Of a stretch of DNA of 9,206 nucleotides, positions 7,534-9,206 are shown piece after piece. The notes beneath the pieces are model-generated. The model saw only the letters and a program-made list of their open reading frames with translations, was not told the DNA's origin and searched no databases. This DNA is from a virus (Duplodnaviria; Heunggongvirae; Uroviricota; Caudoviricetes): the IMG/VR virus record IMGVR_UViG_2534681940_000023, positions 1 to 9,206 of that record. One strand, 5' to 3'. A program made the position numbers and the translations under genes. Numbering within the stretch: the first letter of the stretch is position 1; each line of letters opens with the position of its first letter.

Positions 7534-7739
7534 CTCACGTACCTACCACCTCGCCTGATGTGGCTAAAAGCAGGCACATAACAGCTAAGTATTTTCAACC
7601 AGAGAGAATCCTTAGCGTTGTGGTGAATGCGGCTCAGCGCACGCGGGTTAAGGTTGAGACTGACAGTCGACCTTCTGTGGATACCCACCCGCCTGGTGTG
7701 CAACCTTCGCCAGGCACCGGGAGGCACCCGGCACCACAA

Positions 7740-7799
7740 CAGCCACTGCTTTGGCGGTACCAGTTTGTACACTTGCTTCCGGCTGGTACCGCTCTTTTT
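7740..7799 (+). ncRNA. dicF: DicF-like small RNA (candidate)
   Basis: GCTTTGGCGGTACCAGTTTGTAC... closely resembles the core of E. coli DicF (GTTTGGCGGTATCAGTTTTAC..., from memory) and ends in an intrinsic terminator. The 5' end is not determinable from sequence. Confidence 0.45.
7754..7799 (+). terminator. Rho-independent terminator of the DicF-like sRNA
   Basis: 10-bp GC-rich stem GCGGTACCAG (7754..7763) pairing with CTGGTACCGC (7783..7792), 19-nt loop, then TCTTTTT (7793..7799). Confidence 0.6.
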
Positions 7800-7888
7800 A
7801 CAAAACAGAGAAGAGCATCACCGGACGACGGGCTCATAACCCAATCCACCCGGGCGGCTGCCACCGCAGGTGCTCTTCTCTGTTTTGT
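7800..7888 (+). repeat. 18-bp perfect inverted repeat (ACAAAACAGAGAAGAGCA / TGCTCTTCTCTGTTTTGT) with 53-nt spacer; candidate long RNA hairpin
   Basis: Left arm 7800..7817 is the exact reverse complement of right arm 7871..7888. The stem can extend with G-U pairs into the terminator U-tract. It lies 35-50 nt upstream of the RBS of the next gene. Confidence 0.8.
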
Positions 7889-7936
7889 GGAGAAACCAAC
7901 CGACCTTGCAGGGTCGATATGATGAGGAGCAGCAAA

Positions 7937-8299
7937 ATGGCTAGCGAACGCAGTACTGATGTGCAGGCATTTATCGGGGAGCTGGACGGCGGCGTATTTG
8001 AAACCAAAATCGGCGCTGTTCTCAGTGAAGTCGCTTCAGGTGTGATGAACACGAAAACCAAAGGGAAGGTCTCGCTCAACCTGGAAATCGAACCGTTTGA
8101 TGAGAACCGTGTGAAAATAAAACACAAACTCTCATATGTTCGTCCGACTAACCGCGGGAAAATTTCCGAAGAAGACACCACCGAAACGCCGATGTATGTC
8201 AATCGCGGTGGTCGCCTGACTATTCTGCAGGAAGACCAGGGACAATTACTGACTCTTGCCGGTGAACCTGACGGAAAACTCCGCGCAGCAGGTCATTAA
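7937..8299 (+). CDS. Hypothetical protein, 120 aa (YfdP-like, by size and context)
   Basis: GAGGAG SD 7 nt upstream of ATG 7937; the track ORF start at 7751 runs through the sRNA and hairpin and is rejected. Identity with CPS-53 prophage YfdP is from recollection of size and gene order only. Confidence 0.6.
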   Translation: MASERSTDVQAFIGELDGGVFETKIGAVLSEVASGVMNTKTKGKVSLNLEIEPFDENRVKIKHKLSYVRPTNRGKISEEDTTETPMYVNRGGRLTILQEDQGQLLTLAGEPDGKLRAAGH

Positions 8300-8364
8300 T
8301 ATCGTTCTTAATTAACTGATTATTTATCTCATCACTGAATATCCTTATATAGTGAGGACTTATT

Positions 8365-9189
8365 ATGTCTCAGAACTTAGACGCAACCGCAATTAATCAA
8401 ATCCATGCCCTTATTTCTGCTCAGGGTGTTAATGAAATTATTAGTAAGATTGGTGCCGATGCTGTGGCATTGCCTGAGAATTTCCGCATTCATGATCTGG
8501 AAAAATTTAATTTAAATCGCTTCCGTTTCCGTGGTGCGCTTTCCACTGCCAGCATCGATGACTTTACCCGTTATTCTAAAGATCTTGCAGATGAAGGCAC
8601 CCGCTGCTTTATCGATGCCGATAATATGCGTGCCGTCAGTGTGCTTAACCTGGGTACTATTGATGAACCAGGTCACGCAGATAACACCGCCACTCTCAAA
8701 CTGAAAAAGACAGCACCGTTCTCTGCTCTGTTGTCTGTTAATGGCGAGCGTAACTCCCAAAAGTCACTGGCAGAATGGATTGAAGACTGGGCCGACTACC
8801 TTGTGGGCTTTGATGCTAATGGTGACGCCATTCAGGCAACCAAAGCGGCTGCGGCGATCCGTAAAATCACAATTGAAGCGAACCAGACCGCTGATTTTGA
8901 AGACAATGACTTCAGCGGCAAACGCTCCCTGATGGAGTCTGTCGAAGCGAAGACCAAAGACATTATGCCAGTGGCATTTGAATTTAAATGCGTTCCGTTT
9001 GAAGGCCTGAAAGAACGTCCGTTTAAATTACGCCTCAGCATTATCACTGGCGATCGTCCTGTACTGGTTCTGCGCATTATTCAGCTGGAAGCGGTGCAGG
9101 AAGAAATGGCTAACGAATTTCGTGATCTGCTTGTTGAGAAATTTAAAGACAGCAAAGTAGAAACCTTTATTGGTACTTTCACCGCCTGA
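8365..9189 (+). CDS. Hypothetical protein, 274 aa (YfdQ-like, DUF2303-type, by size and context)
   Basis: GTGAGGA SD upstream of ATG 8365; clean protein-like 274-aa ORF. Identity with CPS-53 prophage YfdQ is from recollection of size and gene order only. Confidence 0.7.
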   Translation: MSQNLDATAINQIHALISAQGVNEIISKIGADAVALPENFRIHDLEKFNLNRFRFRGALSTASIDDFTRYSKDLADEGTRCFIDADNMRAVSVLNLGTIDEPGHADNTATLKLKKTAPFSALLSVNGERNSQKSLAEWIEDWADYLVGFDANGDAIQATKAAAAIRKITIEANQTADFEDNDFSGKRSLMESVEAKTKDIMPVAFEFKCVPFEGLKERPFKLRLSIITGDRPVLVLRIIQLEAVQEEMANEFRDLLVEKFKDSKVETFIGTFTA

Positions 9190-9206
9190 TTTCATTACTG
9201 CAAATG

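Noticed and set aside
7790-7800. boxA-like motif CGCTCTTTTTA suggesting an N-utilisation (nut) site
   Set aside because: The T-run directly follows a 10-bp GC-rich hairpin, so it is better explained as the U-tract of an intrinsic terminator; no N-like protein or boxB-like hairpin is present.
7560-7922. Plus-strand 120-aa ORF (and minus-strand ORFs 7497..7772, 7634..7864)
   Set aside because: Pro/Arg/Gly-rich, non-protein-like translations with no RBS; they overlap the sRNA, terminator and long hairpin.
7534-7936. Retron-like msr/msd ncRNA, suggested by the long inverted repeats
   Set aside because: No reverse-transcriptase gene anywhere in the window, and the repeats do not have the a1/a2 retron arrangement.
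7751-8299. 182-aa version of the YfdP-like ORF starting at 7751
   Set aside because: The upstream 62 codons run through the terminator and inverted repeat. The ATG at 7937 has an optimal GAGGAG SD, giving a 120-aa product.
1-9206. CRISPR array, tRNA/rRNA genes, IS elements or integrase
   Set aside because: No regularly spaced direct repeats with unique spacers, no tRNA-like cloverleaf candidates, and no transposase or integrase-like ORFs. The only long inverted repeat (7800..7888) encloses 53 nt, too short for an IS.

Overview
This window reads as the early/immunity region of a lambdoid (enterobacterial) prophage; all calls are from reading the sequence and ORF track, with no database searches run. 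A cI-like SOS-cleavable repressor (6361..6987, +) sits between two pairs of ACTAAG-type operator repeats. Leftward (minus strand) from the divergent promoter region run cro-like, a CII/YdaT-position regulator, an apparently frameshifted gene, a ProQ/FinO-domain protein, Rha, two small coupled ORFs, an O-like replication initiator with internal origin iterons and a DnaT-like C-terminus, a phage Dam methyltransferase, a LexA-like winged-helix protein, RusA and a KilA-N protein. Rightward (plus strand) from the operators downstream of cI run an HTH protein, a GC-rich structured non-coding stretch carrying a DicF-like sRNA with terminator and an 18-bp perfect inverted repeat, then two conserved unknown-function proteins (YfdP/YfdQ-like). 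No tRNA, rRNA, CRISPR array or transposase was seen. The most unusual signals are the sRNA/long-hairpin module, the prophage-encoded ProQ/FinO RNA-chaperone-like protein, the loader-less O-DnaT replication module, and the frameshifted gene hidden inside an artefactual 553-aa ORF. I found no clear novel multi-gene system; these are the candidates worth testing.
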